A DNA stretch of 64,000 bases from Octopus vulgaris (lineage: Eukaryota): the NCBI GenBank assembly GCA_951406725.2, contig OX597824.1, positions 34,348,001 to 34,412,000 of the forward strand, given 5' to 3'. The notes under the pieces were generated by a model. It did not search any database. It had not been told where the DNA came from and worked only from the letters and a program-made list of their open reading frames with translations. Both the position numbers and the translations under genes were made by a program. Below, in pieces: positions 49,791 through 63,797 of this stretch (positions are counted from its first letter, which is position 1; each line of letters begins with the position of its first letter).

Positions 49791-51464
49791 AGAAATTTTG
49801 AAAATATTGTGAGTTCATCTAACTGAAAGTTTCTAAAATTATACATTCTTTATAGCAGAAGCATTCAAATTACTTTATCAAATGTATAATCCTTATTTAT
49901 TCACATTGTTTTGAATTAATGCTGCATTATCTCAGTGATAAAACTTTTCAAACAAGACGATTTCTAGCAGATACAACACTCAATCATTTTTTTCTCTTTT
50001 TTTTTTTCTGTTGGTCACAGTGACTTGATTACTTAGATTACATGAATAAGTCATTCTGTTGTGTTTTTTCATTGAGCTGATAGAAAATATAGTCACAAAC
50101 AAAATGTATCTCATAGGAAAAAAACAGAAAAGAGAGGAAGATCGTTAAAAAATGCAAGTCAGAAATAGGACTCAAATTGTAGGATATTGAGCTGACAGAC
50201 ATTCTATTTTCTGAACGAGTCACTATAATAGTAACAAGTGATTCAGTACAGTTTCTTTTGGTCTTTTATTATGTAATTCTCTCTTACATAGCATAAGCTA
50301 TGCTAAAATTGTATTGCATTAGCACAACAATACATATGATCTAAGAATATATTATTTAATTTTTGTCAAGTCAATCTAATTAGGAAACTTTTCTTTCATT
50401 TACCATAGTTTTGCCTTTGAATGCATCATCATCATTATCGTTTAACGTCCGCTTTCCATGCTAGCAGGGGTTGGATGATTTGACTGAGGTCTAGCGAACC
50501 AGATGGCTGCACCAGACTCCAATCTGATCCGGCAGAGTTTCTCCAGCTGGATGCCCTTCCTAACGCCAACCACTCCAAGAGTGTAGTGGGTGCTTTTACG
50601 TGCCACAGGCATGAGGGCCAGTCAGTCAGTCAGACGTTTTTTTAAATTTCTTGTTATTAAGATAATCATTTCACAAACATCAGGAGTTTGTGGATAGGAA
50701 TTTTATTCTGGTCTCTGTTGTATTAAATAATTGAGATAAATCTAGAAAATGGAGAAGTCACTTTTTTACATAGCTTCCCCAGATCTGATGGTTATTACAG
50801 CTATTATGAACTCAAGCCTGTACAATATATGTCCAGAGATACAATGAAATGCATACAGTAAGTGTTAAACCATGTCCCATGAACTGGTTATCTATTACCT
50901 TCCTTCTTCAGTCAGATTTATAGCAGTAAACAACAGTCACTGTCATTTTGGGTAATGACCAAAAGAGAAGGATCACAAATACGAGAGACTGAAATGGAGT
51001 CCCTCTGAATGATCTCTGGAGTAACATTACTTGAGAGGGTGCATAGTTCATAGATGAGGGAGTCTCTCCAGATTGAGCTGCTACATTTCTACATTGAGAG
51101 ATCACAGCTCTGATACTACAGACATAATTAGAATTTTACAGAAAAGGATTGTAAACTAGATTCTTCAAGCCAAGCCAACTGGCAGGAGACTCAAGAGTAG
51201 ACCAAGAACAAGGTGAATAACATCCATAGTCCCAGTTGGTCATGCTTGGGAACCTAGCTGGAAAGTTTAATGACAGTTGTTTCTGATAGGACTTCTCCCC
51301 ATGACTCTCCCAGAGAATAGTGAGCAGAGAAAACGGATAGATTGAACAAGTCATTACAAATCACACTAAAATGCTAAAAAAACATTTGTTCTTTTGTAAG
51401 TTTCTCTAGCAAAAAGAACTGTGTGCCTTTAAAACCATACGAAATAAAAATAAAATTAGTTTAC

Positions 51465-51512
51465 CTTTACAACATATTTTCCAGAAACATCAACTTCGAA
51501 AGTAACAGATGG
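51465..51512 (-). CDS. IL-17 receptor-like gene, 48-nt ectodomain exon
   Basis: TTTTCTAG acceptor, GTAAAC donor; PSVTFEVDVSGKYVVK (FnIII-like G.Y.V strand); phase 0-0, in frame with the upstream exon. Confidence 0.7.
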
Positions 51513-53024
51513 CTAGAAAATAAAAATGTAAAGTGTTATGGTTTAATCTAGCAAGGAATATCATCAACATTATCGTTTAACGTCTGTTTTTCCATGCTGG
51601 CATGGGTTGGATGGTTTGACCGAGATCTGGAGAGCCAGCGGCTGCACCAGGCTCCTATCTGATCTGGCAATGTTTCTACAGCTGGATGCTCTTCCTAACG
51701 CCAACCACTCCGTGAGTGTAGTGGGTACTTTTTACATGCCACCAGCACAGGAGCCAATCAGGCAAGCCTGGCATCAATCACGTTCAGATAGCACTTTTTA
51801 TGTGTCAGCAGTACAGGGCCAGTCAGGCAGACCTAGCATCAACCACGTTCAGATGGTGCTTTTTATATGCCACTGGCACAGGAGCCAGTCTGTGGGTACT
51901 GGCATCGGCCATGTTTCGTTGGTGCCTTTTACGTGCCACTGGCATGGGAGCCAGTCAGGCGGACCTGGCATTGACCACGTTCAGATAGTGCTTTTTACGT
52001 GCCACCAGCACAGGAGCCAGTCAAGAAGAACTGGTCACAGCTACGATATTAGTTTTACTTGATTCAACAGGTCTTCTCAAGCACCGCCTTTAGTCGAGCA
52101 ACTCGACCCCGGGACTTATTCTTTGTAAGCCCAGTACTTATTCTATCAGTCTCTTTTGCCGAACTGCTAAGTGACGGGGACATAAACACACCAGCATCGG
52201 TTGTCAAGCAATGCTAGGGGGACAAACACAGACATACACGCACACATATATATATATACATATATACGACGGGCTTCTTTCAGTTTCCGTCTACCAAATC
52301 CACTCACAAGGCTTTGGTCGGCCTGAGGCTAGAGTAGAAGTCACTTGCCCAAGGTGCCACGCAGTGGGACTGAACCCGGAACCATATGGTTGGTAAGCAA
52401 GCTACTTACCATACAGCCACTCCTGCGTACTCTTAACATAGTTCTTAGAGAGATTCAGCATGTGACATGGCTGGCCCTTTGAAATACAGGTACTACTGAT
52501 TTTTACCAGCTGAGTGAACTGGAGCAATGTGAAAATAAAGTGTCTTGCTCAAAGATGCATTATGCCACCAAGAATTGAACTTACAACCTTATCATGAGCT
52601 GAATACCCTAACCACTAAGCCACAAGTCTTCAGGCAACTATGCAACTACAAATATCAAATGCTTTATCATCATCATCATTTAACGTCCGCTTTCCATGCT
52701 GGCATGGGTTGGACGGTTCAACTGGGGTCTGGAAAGCCAGAAGGCTGCACCAGGCCCAGTCTGATCTGGCAGTGTTTCTACAGCTGGATGCCCTTCCTAA
52801 TGCCAACCACTCCGTGAGTGTAGTGGGTGCTTTTTACGTGCCACCGGCACAGGTGTCAGACGAGGCTGGTAGATGGCCACGATCGGATGGTGCTTTTTAC
52901 GTGCCACCGGCACGGGGACCAGAGGAAGCTGGCAACGGCCACGGTCGGATGGTGCTTTGGCTGTTGCCAGCTTCGTCTGGTCTTAATATTAACTGAAAAT
53001 AAAGTAAATTAAAATATAACTCAC

Positions 53025-53200
53025 CTCTTCAATTTTATTTATGATTTCATCATGAATAACTTTATTATTTTTCTCAAGAGAAATCATATAGTTTTCAAAA
53101 TTGAAACTTTCTGGAGCTTTTGTGAAGTTTACTTCAATGTTATGCAAAGGATAGCTGTATGTGATTGTCATTGGACTTTGCCAAGAACCACGATCCTTGC
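53025..53200 (-). CDS. IL-17 receptor-like gene, ectodomain exon (FnIII-like)
   Basis: TTTCAG acceptor, GTGAGT donor; (G)KDRGSWQSPMTITYSYPLHNIEVNFTKAPESFNFENYMISLE...KIEE; phase 1 to 0. Confidence 0.8.
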
Positions 53201-55287
53201 CTGAAATATAAAAAAAAAAAAGGTTAAAGTAGCATGTATAGGTGCAGGAGTGGCTGTGTGGTAAGTAGCTCGCTAACCAACCACATGGTTCCGGGTTCAG
53301 TCCCACTGGTGTGTTTACGTCCCCGTCACTTAGCGGTTCGGCAAAAGAGACCGATAGAATAAGTACTGGGCTTACAAAGAATAAGTCCCGGGGTTGATTT
53401 GCTCGACTAAAGGCGGTGCTCCAGCATGGCCGCAGTCAAATGACTGAAACAAGTAAAAGAGTATTTGGGAATACAAATGTAACAAACTATTCATTAGAAG
53501 TATTGTATGTACCAGTGAATAAGACATGCTTTTTGTTTTACTTTCAGATGTATCAAAATATGCCCTGCATCTAAATGTGGTTGTATTACAGGTAGGAGAC
53601 CAAGCATCATAAACTAGGGAGCTGTTTGGCACAATAATTGTGACTAATAATGAAACAATGAAAACAAGCCAAAATATCACAGTCTGTTAGCACAAACTTA
53701 TGAATAATTACTTATAGTATGTTGGCAGCTATATTAAGCGATCATATTTTTTTAAACCTCCTTCAACAGACACAACCTAGACCTGATATATGTCTTACAT
53801 TATTTAATGACTTATTTTTATAAAACTTTTTTTTTAATTGTCTAAACGAAAAATTCTCCTAGAAAGGTGAAAGGAATGTTAATAAACATTCATCTACCTA
53901 TCAGCTATTTGCAATGAGTTGATGACAACAAAACTATTGTGGCAGTGCACCATACTAATGATCAATTGTAGAAACACACAATACATTACAGCCAGAAATA
54001 TGAGTTTTATATCCTACATGGCAATTCTCTTGAACAAAATATGAATAACTATATAGCTGATATGAAAGAAGATAAAGTGCAAATTCAGTACTTCTATGAC
54101 AGTTTACTTATGATAAACTAGCTGGTGTACCTGGTAATTCTCGGGGGTAAAGATGTTTTATTGAAACGCCTTACTACTCTGATATAAGAAAGCAATTTCA
54201 TTATAACTGCCACAAAAGGTGTATTTTTGTATTTTCCATCATGAAAAAGTACAAAAAGCTGTCAGCTGGAGGAGGGAGAGATTGCTGGAGGTTGGTGAGA
54301 GAGGTTATATAAATAAATGAATGAAGTGTTTGAAGAAAGTACAATAATGACGTTCACGCTCACTGATGGTCATTCTCAGTAACTACCTTTAGCTTACAGA
54401 GTTCTTGTTTTTATAACTATCAAAAAGCAGCCAGAAGGATAGATATATTTTTGAGAACAAATGATTTCGTTGGAGGTCCGTTATCTCCATTCCAGCCAGT
54501 GGTGGTCTAGAAGAGGTTAGAAGGTTCAAGCGGCAAAGACATTATTCTGCTTAGCGAAGGCAACTGGGAAATGTATAAATGCTGTCATTCACAGAAAAAC
54601 TATTGTTTTACATTGAGAAAAGCGCTGTTGAAGTTTTAAGTGAAATTTGGCAATTGGGGATTTTGGTCAGCAGCCCTCAAGTTGTCCCATAAGAACCTCC
54701 AGTTGTCCTCTATGTTATATGTTTTTATAACTCCCTCTTTGTCATCAAATGCTTCATGTAAAAACATCTCTGAATTTCTGACCATTCAGAGGATCCTTAA
54801 ACTTCCAGATATTTCTTTTTCAGATTGGTTGTCTTCTTGGCAATATATCATCATCATCATCATTTAGCATCCACTTTCCATGCTAGCATGGGTTGGACGG
54901 TTCAACTGGGGTCTGGGAAGCCAGAAGGCTGCACCAGGCCCAGTCTGATCTGGCAATGTTTCTACGGCTGGATGCCCTTGCTAACGCCAACCACTCCGTG
55001 AGTGTAGTGGGTGCTTTTTACGTGCCACCGGCACAGGTGCCAGATGAGGCTGGCAAACGGCCACGATCGGATGGTGTTATTACGTGCCACCGGCACTGGT
55101 GTCACAGCTACAATTCCCATTGATGTTGATCGATTTTGATTTTGATTTTGATATATATATATGACATGTTAAGGTCATCTCTACAGCTTTACATAGAAAT
55201 TATAGCCAGCACTGATTTTGTTACAATGTTTCATATTCAAGATGCCAGATGTAAACAATGAGATCGAGAATGAAAAAAGGGATAATA

Positions 55288-55335
55288 GGCATATATAACA
55301 TATTTCGGGAGTTTTTGCTCCTTCATCAGCACCCA
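55288..55335 (-). ncRNA. Hammerhead-like motif in a TA-flanked unit
   Basis: CUGAUGA-AGGAG-CAAAAA-CUCCC-GAAA-UAUG-UUA; stem I is weak. Confidence 0.4.
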
Positions 55336-55426
55336 TCTAACACATTAACCATCCATGAACTCATTGCTTAAATAGCCACTACATATAGCAGTGTAACGTT
55401 ACTGGATATACTTTATACACATACAT

Positions 55427-55475
<49 letters not shown>

Positions 55476-56235
55476 TGTATATATACATGTATGTATACAT
55501 ATATATACACATGCACATGCAAAATAAGGGGTGTCTATTTACTTTTGAGATGTCTGTGTGTGTATATATGTGCACACACAAGCGCAGGTGTATGGTTAAG
55601 AAGCCTACAGCTTGCTTCCCAACCAATTAGTTCAGGGTTCAGTCCCACTGTACAGCCACACAAGGCAAATGTCTTCTACTATAACCCCAGATCAACCAAA
55701 ACCTGGTGAGTAGATTTGGTTGACAGAGACTAAAAGAAGCACATTGTATGTCTTCATCATCATCATTATTATTATTTACTGTTCATTTTCCATGCTGGCA
55801 TGGTATTCTTTGTTTACAAGTCTTCATGAAATCATGTCCTGCCATGGAGGAAAGATTACCTTTTTGAAAACAGTGAGGGTTGGAGACAGGCAGAGCATCT
55901 GGTTGTAGAAAATTTACCTTAACAAATTTTGTCCAACCTATGCAAGCATGGAACAGTGGACATTAAAATGATGATTATATGATATGACACTTTATTTCAC
56001 ATTGCTCCAGTTCACTCAGCTGTAGAATTGAGTTGTGATGTCACTGGTGCCAAGCTGTATCAGTCTTTGCCTTTCCCTTGGATAACATCAGTGGCATGGA
56101 GAGGGGAGGCTGGTATGCATGGGTGACTGCTGGTCTTCCATAAACAACCTTGCTTGAACTTGTGCCTTGGGGGGTAACATTCTAAGTGCAACCCCATGGT
56201 CATTCATGACCCAAGGGGGTCTTTATCCTTTATAT

Positions 56236-56269
<34 letters not shown>

Positions 56270-56517
56270 CATCATCATCATCATCATCATCGTTTAGCAT
56301 CCGCTTTCCATGCTGGCATGGGTTGGATGGTGCAACTGGAGTCTGGGAAGCCAGAAGACTGCACCAGGCCCAGTCTGATCTGGCAATGTTTCTACAGCTG
56401 GATGCCCTTCCTAATGCCAACCACTCCATGAGTGTAGTGGGTGCTTTTTACATGCCACCGGCACAGGTGCCAGACGAGGCTGGCAAACGGCCACGATCGG
56501 ATGGTGCATTTTACGTG

Positions 56518-56569
<52 letters not shown>

Positions 56570-57639
56570 TATATCTATACACACACACATATAGTGTGTG
56601 TTTGTTTGTTTGCATAGTTGTAGAACCAGTTCAGTACCACTGGTAAAACCATTGGCTATGAAAAGGTCAGGTATCTAGGTTATTGATAAGAGACAATGTG
56701 AAGAACTTGAGTAAGTTCAGCTGTACATCTGATTGAAAATATGGTTGCCAAGCTGGTTGCTATTCTGTATGACTATATCTAGGCTATCAATAAAAGGACT
56801 GATTGATTTTATACCTGGGAGTCTATCATTTGTTTTGTCCGTTGTGACCATGTCTACCATGCTTACTCCCACAGATACTGGCTATTGCTACCTTCACTGT
56901 GTTGACTGTCACACTGCAATGTAGTATTGTCTTTGGGTTGTGCCAACTAAATCTGCCACTCTAGATTGGGTTGCATGTCCAATTCCAGATGGTTAAGTTC
57001 TTCAATGATGGCACTTTCAAATGTTAATGCATAATAATATATAGTCATTGACCAGTTTGAAAGGGAATGCAGTAGGCATGATTGTTGACAAATATATGTA
57101 TTAAGATGACTGGTCAGAAAGATGATGACATAAGCATGTCAGTTGATACTAGTTTGTCTACGTGAATGAACAGGCTGGTGCATTAGTTGATTAGTCTAAA
57201 AAATGATGACATAGGCATGTCTGTTGATGCCAGCCTGTCCAGGGCATTGTAGTTTAGTCTACCAAAGCAAGATGTAAATTTGAGAATTTACATTCATATT
57301 GTTGCTACACCCTGAATATAACAAGGTCAGACTCTTGCTACAATCATTTCAGAGAAATTTGTTCTCAAAATAGAACTCCTTAGCATTCAGATTACTCCGT
57401 TAAATGTAATACTTCTTAATTCACATTGTTTTGAATTAATCAGGTATTAACTTGTAGCTTTAAGATATCGATGATGTTATTGTTTATGTTTTGAATGACA
57501 TTGTAGGGCTGGTGTGAGATGCTGGATCTGGCTGATTTGAACATAAAATAAGGTAGAATATTTGGGTTGGATAAGATCAGTTTAAATGCTAAAGAGTTAA
57601 CAATGAACTATGTTAATACTTTCATTACAATTTTACTGA

Positions 57640-58620
57640 CAAATTTACCACTGCTGACAAAAAGAAATCTTTACCCTCAGAGTGAAAGGCAGATTGTATG
57701 ATGCTGGTGTTAAAACTGCAATGCTGCATGGTAGTGTGACATGGGCCTTGAATGCAGAGTACTTAGGAAGACTAAAAAGAAATGAAGTGAGTATGCTCCG
57801 CTGGACATGCAACATTAGTATGCATGAAAGAATCAGTACAAAGGTACTGAGAGAAAAACTGGTCATTAGAGGAATTAGTTGTTGTGTGCAAGAAATAAGA
57901 CTGCTAATGTGGACAAATAATGCATATGGATGAGAACGGCTGTATTTAGAAGCACTGTTCACTTAATGTGGCTGGAACCTGAGGAAGAGGAAGACCCAGG
58001 AAGATGGGATGAAATGGTGAAGGCTGACCTCTGGACATCACTGAGCCTGATAGAGGAGATGACAAAGGGCTGGGATATCTGGTGATATGAGGTTGTTGAA
58101 AAGACTCAACCTCTTCAGTGAAGCCAAGTTCTAGAAGTGCTTTTTATTGTACTCTCCACCCACCTTATATGACTCATCCCCACCTCTCATGCATTAGGCC
58201 TACCTCTTCTCCCTGACCCCTGGCTCCTGCAGATTACCATTCATGTCATCCACACAGTCAATTCTATCATCTTTACTATTCATGCTACTTGCCTCTCCAA
58301 CCACTCTTTTCGCCATCCTCTATCTCCCCCCAACTCATAGCTCCTTGCTCATCCACCCTTCAACCATACCCATTTTGGCAATCTGCCTCCACTCCCACTA
58401 ACCCTTCATTCATCTTCCAATACAATCTTGCAAATTGATTCAACTTACCTTGTACATTGTGAGGTCATCTAAGCACCTCATTGCTATTATCTTTTGCAAT
58501 TCCTAATGTTCATTTTCTTTCTCTTCCCCTATTAGGTATGTGTAGCCTAACAGATCCCCTACATGAACCTGCACTGTACCCCTTTCCCATAGTCCAATCC
58601 ATCATCCACTAATATAAAGC
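57640..58620 (+). mobile_element. RTE-type LINE 3' fragment and 3'UTR
   Basis: VKGRLYDAGVKTAMLHGSVTWAL...LKRNEVSMLRWTCNI...GRGRPRK. Confidence 0.75.
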
Positions 58621-59736
58621 TGTTAATATGATTAATTCAAAACAATGTAAATAAGCATTACATTTGATAGAATAATCTGAATGCTGAAGGGTTATAGACC
58701 TCTCTCTCTCTCTCTTTTTAATAGTAACAAGTAAGGCTTCCATAAAATCAGATCTACTAGAGATTTACTTTATGTCACTCGCCTTTAAGAAAATTACTGA
58801 AAGCTGTGTTACACTCAACATCATAAAATCAGTTGACAATGTGTGCAATATTAATCTGACAAAACTGTACTTCAAGATGCCCCAATGGTTGGCTCTGCCC
58901 ATCACAACTGTCTTCCTCTACAGCAATAATCTATTGACCATCACTCTAGCTATGCCCACCACTATGTATATGATACAACCGTTTATTCCTCAACAATGTT
59001 CCATACCAAAGCTTCATCCATAGGTAACACTAAGAAATTCAGGCAGACGTTTATTTCTTATCTTGTTGGTCTACTGTTAAGGTTTCAAGAAAGAAGTATA
59101 GCTCTGCACCAGCCCAAGCAGGACCTTGAAGTTGTGGCAAGTAGTACCACATGCCCATTGCAAAACCTTCACAACTAAGTGTACTATCACGTCAACTTAA
59201 AATAGATTTGATTAATAATTAATGAAATGCTGGATGTAGAAATGATTACAACCACATAAAATAGCTTAACTCCTATTTACGTTGAATATTCAGTATTACA
59301 ATGTTTACTTATGCTTAGTGACATCTTGTCCATCTTTATGTTCTGTGATCAAATTCCATCAAGGTTGACTTTGACTTTCAACTTTTTGGGGTTCATAAAA
59401 TAAGTACCAGTTGAGCACTGGAATCAATGTAATTGATTAACTCCAACCCCCAAAACTGCTGGCCTTGTGCCAAAATTTGAAACCAATATTTGGTTGAGGT
59501 TAAGGTGGTGAGCTGGCAGAATTATTAGCATGCCAGATAAAATGCTTAGCAGCATTTCATCTGCTTTTACATTCTGAGTTCAAATTCCACTGAGGTCGAC
59601 TTTGCCTTTTCATCCTTTCAAGGTTGCGAAAATAAGTACCAGTTGAGTACTTGGGTTGATGTAATCAACTTAACCCCATCTCCCGAATTTGCTGGCTTAG
59701 CCTACATTTAAACCCAATATTATAAAGTTAACTTAC

Positions 59737-59866
59737 CTTTGTCAGGGTGGGGCACAAGCAGAATCTGGCGCTGCACATTTTCGCTGCAATTACTTTTGGG
59801 CAAAGAATATAGTTCTAATCCCCAGACAGCTGGACAAATACGTTTCAGTTCTAAGCTAAACAGTTC
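59737..59866 (-). CDS. IL-17 receptor-like gene, ectodomain exon (most 5' exon found in the window)
   Basis: Polypyrimidine-GGCAG acceptor, GTAAGT donor; ELFSLELKRICPAVWGLELYSLPKSNCSENVQRQILLVPHPDK(G); 130 nt, phase 0 to 1, joins the 53200 exon. Confidence 0.75.
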
Positions 59867-60393
59867 CTGCCACAAGAACGAAAAAAGTTATTGAAATGTG
59901 AATTAAATATTAACACATTCAAAATACAGTTTTGTTTATTACATATGTACTGGTGATTCGAAACTGAACCTCCAGGTAACCGGTCATGCATCATGATCAA
60001 ACCACAGTAGTTCCACATGATCTATTAAGCAACGAATCAGCATCAAGTCATTGCACAAGTCAATCTTCTAGAATCTTCTTGTATCCTATAAAAAAGCCAC
60101 TTTTAGCAGTAATTGCAGAATGCTGAAACACCCATGTGTTGTGTCTCCACTCTTGCAACACTTAACCACCTGGTTAAGACAGATGTCTGATAGTCAACAA
60201 GATTTTTTGTTACCACAAATATAGCACACTTATTTCTAGTTATGTTGGGCCAGCCACAGATTGCTGTAGCAATAAGCTTACCATAAACTCCATGCAGTAT
60301 GTTTCTCCCAATATGTAATTATTGCTGTTATTGTTTGTAAAAGACTAACACCATTAAAATTCTATGTGCAATAATAAAATCTGTTAATTGTTC

Positions 60394-60948
60394 ATGGACA
60401 AACCAAAGTGTTGATGATAGGCTCTTAAATATTAACTTTTACTGGTGTCTAATTTTTTTATCAGCTTAATCACACATGATATTAGCAAATATTGTATTTT
60501 TGTTCATAGAAGCTTTGTAGAAATGTAATATTTGAATTGTAATCATAAACAAAATTTTAGTTTACAGAGTCGTCAGTTACTTCTTCACACAGCCCAAGAA
60601 ATACATTTTCATTCATCAACTCAACAAACCATCATCTCAGAACAGCCAACAACACTCCAAGTTGCAATACATATAATAATTAATGTTTTCAGCTCCTAGT
60701 CAAGACTTATTACCAACTGCATATGGTGAAGACTACTTTACTGAAGGCGGCATCATAATAAACACAATCAATACAGGTTTCGAAGTCCAGTTTTTTTCTC
60801 TGTAAACTAAAATTTTGTTTATGATTACAATTCAAATATTATATTTCTACAAAGCTTCTATGAACAAAAATACAATATTTGCTAAAATATTAGACACCAG
60901 TAAAAGTTAATATTTAAGAGCCTATCAGCAACACTTTGGTCTGTCCAT
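60394..60948. repeat. Fold-back element with long inverted arms (60394-60569 / 60798-60948) and about 230-bp spacer
   Basis: ATGGACAAACCAAAGTGTTG...TTTAGTTTACAGAG is mirrored with high identity. The left arm has a roughly 25-bp extra segment. Confidence 0.9.
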
Positions 60949-61217
60949 AACCAAGACACTTAGTGACTAAATCCCTTTAAAAGGCTACCATAAGGTGATC
61001 CAATTCTCTGCAGTAAGGAGTTGTACTATAAAATTGTAAGCTTGCAGCACTTGGAAATGTTACTAGTGATAAGCTGGTGCCATATCAAGGTGAAAATATG
61101 TTTCTCACTTGGTTAATGCAACAAAAACTAGAGGTAAGTTCAGGCTTAATGGATTGTTAAAACCTATAACAAAGTAATCGTTAATTGTTATATAATTATA
61201 ATAAAACAACCGTTAAA

Positions 61218-63584
61218 CTTGCTGAAACATTATCTCTCAGGCTAAAAAAGAGAATAATAATAAAGGTCTAAAATATACATACAGTTTTGTATTTTTCAAT
61301 TTGACTCATATGTGAATGGCTTGTTATTTAAATGAGATAATTATTTCTAAAGATGGAGTGAGATATGACAGAGTACCTAGAGTTAAAGGTACCTAGTTTA
61401 GAGAGCAGCTTTCGCTATTAACAAAGATTTCTCTTTCTATACAGTTGATTATATGATCCTTATCATGGAGTTATTATATTGTATGGTAATGAAACATTTG
61501 CATAAAAATTAGTAGAAATGAAAAAATTAAAAAGGAATCAACTAAGTTCAATTTGTTGAATGTGAGCTTCAAATAAGTTGTATATAGTATAGACATATGA
61601 TGTTGTGTGATAAAGTAACTTTGAGAGTGATAGTGGATACATGCACAAACATGAAGGAGACTGATAAAACTCATGAAAAAGGCAGTGTAGAATTTAGTTT
61701 AGTCCTTTCAAACAAGTGAGAATCTTTCAAACATGTGAGAATCTTGGAAAGATACTATAGTACAGATCTATGTTAGCATGGAAAATCAGACATTAATGCA
61801 ATTATGATGTCAATCATCATCATTATCATTTAACGTTCGCTTTCCATGCTAGCATGAGTTGGACGATTTGACTGAGGTCTGGCGAACCAGACTCCAATCT
61901 GATCTGGCAGAGTTTCTACAGCTGGGTGCCCTTCCTAACGCCAACCACTCCGAGGGTGTAGTGGGTGCTTTTGTCCAATGCAATCCCATGTCCAGGATAG
62001 TCATACTGATCAGTACTGACAGCGAATTAACAAACAACAGTTGCGGGTTTCTCCATCATTATCCTGCATTCAAATTGAAACAAAATGATCATACAAAAGC
62101 CAAAAACAATGATATTCTTGCTGAAACATTATCTCTCACGCTAAAAAAGAGAATAATAATAAAGGTCTAAAATATACATACATTTTTGTATTTTTCAATT
62201 TGACTTATACTGGGGTATGTAAATACTCGAAGGTAGTTAGTTTTTTTCGGATCACATATACCATAAAGTACAGTCAGATTTAAGAGAAAGCCCTGCAAAT
62301 GCTTGATTGCTGTAAGAATAAATAAAAAGTAAAATATATTAATGAGAGGTTAGCGTCTACATTGAAAAGAACAACTGTAAAATTCAATTTTGGAGGGAAT
62401 GCTTAAGAAAATTTGAAATCTATGCAAGACGATAAAATACCATATCCATTGTGACTATCATTTGTTCAATTTGCTCGGCTGTTGAAACTGAAGTTAATTA
62501 TATTTTTTTAAGTTCAAATGCAAATAAAATTTTAGTGACCTATCCAACTGATTTTAAATAATCCCAGTTTTCAGTTATAAAGCAGTGACTTGGGTTGCTA
62601 AAGTTTAAGAAAAGATCGTGTTTAGTTGAACAGGAATAGCATGTATAACAACCAGGTATACAAATGTTGCATGGAATCAGAAGACAATTAAGGAATTAAA
62701 ATTTCTGTAGCGCCAAATTTTGTAAAATATGTAACCAAAACTGAAGATTATGAGCCTCTTAGATGGTTTACTTAAGTGAATGGCTTGTTATTTAAATGAG
62801 ATAATTATTTCTAAAGATGGAGTGAGATATGACAGAGTACCTAGAGTTAAAGGTACCTAGTTTAGAGAGCAGCTTTCGCTATTAACAAAGATTTCTCTTT
62901 CTATACAGTTGATTATATGATCCTTATCATGGAGTTATTATATTGTATGGTAATGAAACATTTGCATAAAAATTAGTAGAAATGAAAAAATTAAAGAGGA
63001 ATCAACTAAGTTCAATTTGTTGAATGTGAGCTTCAAATAAGTTGAAAATAGTATAGACATATGATGTTGTGTGATAAAGTAACTTTGAGAGTGATAGTGG
63101 ATATATGCACAAACATGAAGGAGACTGATAAAACTCATGAAAAAGGCAGTGTAGAATTTAGTTTAGTCCTTTCAAACAAAAGAATCCTTCAAACAAGTGA
63201 GAATCTTTCAAACATGTGAGAATCTTGGAAAGATACTATAGTACAGATCTATGTTAGCATGGAAAATCAGACATTAATGCAATTATGATCATCATTTAAC
63301 GTCCGCTTTCCATGCTAGCATGGGTTGGACGATTTGACTGAGGTATGGCGAACCAGACTCCAATCTGATCTGGCAGAGTTTCTACAGCTGGGTGCCCTTC
63401 CTAACGCCAACCACTCCGAGAGCGTAGTGGGTGCTTTTGTCCAATGCAATCCCATGTCCAGGATAGTCATACTGATCAGTACTGACAGCGAATTAACGAA
63501 CAACAGTTGCGGGTTTCTCCATCATTATCCTGCATTCAAATTGAAACAAGATGATCATACAAAAGCCAAAAACAATGATATTCT
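61218..63584. repeat. Local duplication A-B-A'-C-B' (A 61218-61305, B 61312-62118, A' 62117-62205, C 62206-62776, B' 62777-63584)
   Basis: Near-identical B copies each contain the same truncated SINE-C; the ORF track also shows duplicated ORFs. Confidence 0.95.
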
Positions 63585-63797
63585 TTTCTACTCTGGGCAC
63601 AAGACCTGAAATTTTGTGGGAGGGAGCCAGTCAATTAGATTTACCCGAGTATACGGCGGGTACATAATTTATCGCCCCCAAAAGGATGAAAGGCAAATTC
63701 TACCTCAGCAGAATTTCAACTCAGAACGTAAAGACAGGCGAAATACCACTAAACATTTCGCCCAGCATGCTCATATTTCTGCCAGCTCACCACTTTA
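63583..63797 (-). mobile_element. SINE-B-related copy with a 16-bp TSD
   Basis: CAAAAACAATGATATT at 63567-63582 and 63798-63813. Confidence 0.8.

Noticed and set aside
53372-53680. ORF with a signal-peptide-like start MIFWLVFIVSLLV
   Set aside because: It starts at GTG rather than ATG, runs into a SINE and has no recognisable domain.
54118-54840. Possible Helentron-like or coding relic starting ACTAGCTG
   Set aside because: I could not recover a convincing peptide or a matching second end.
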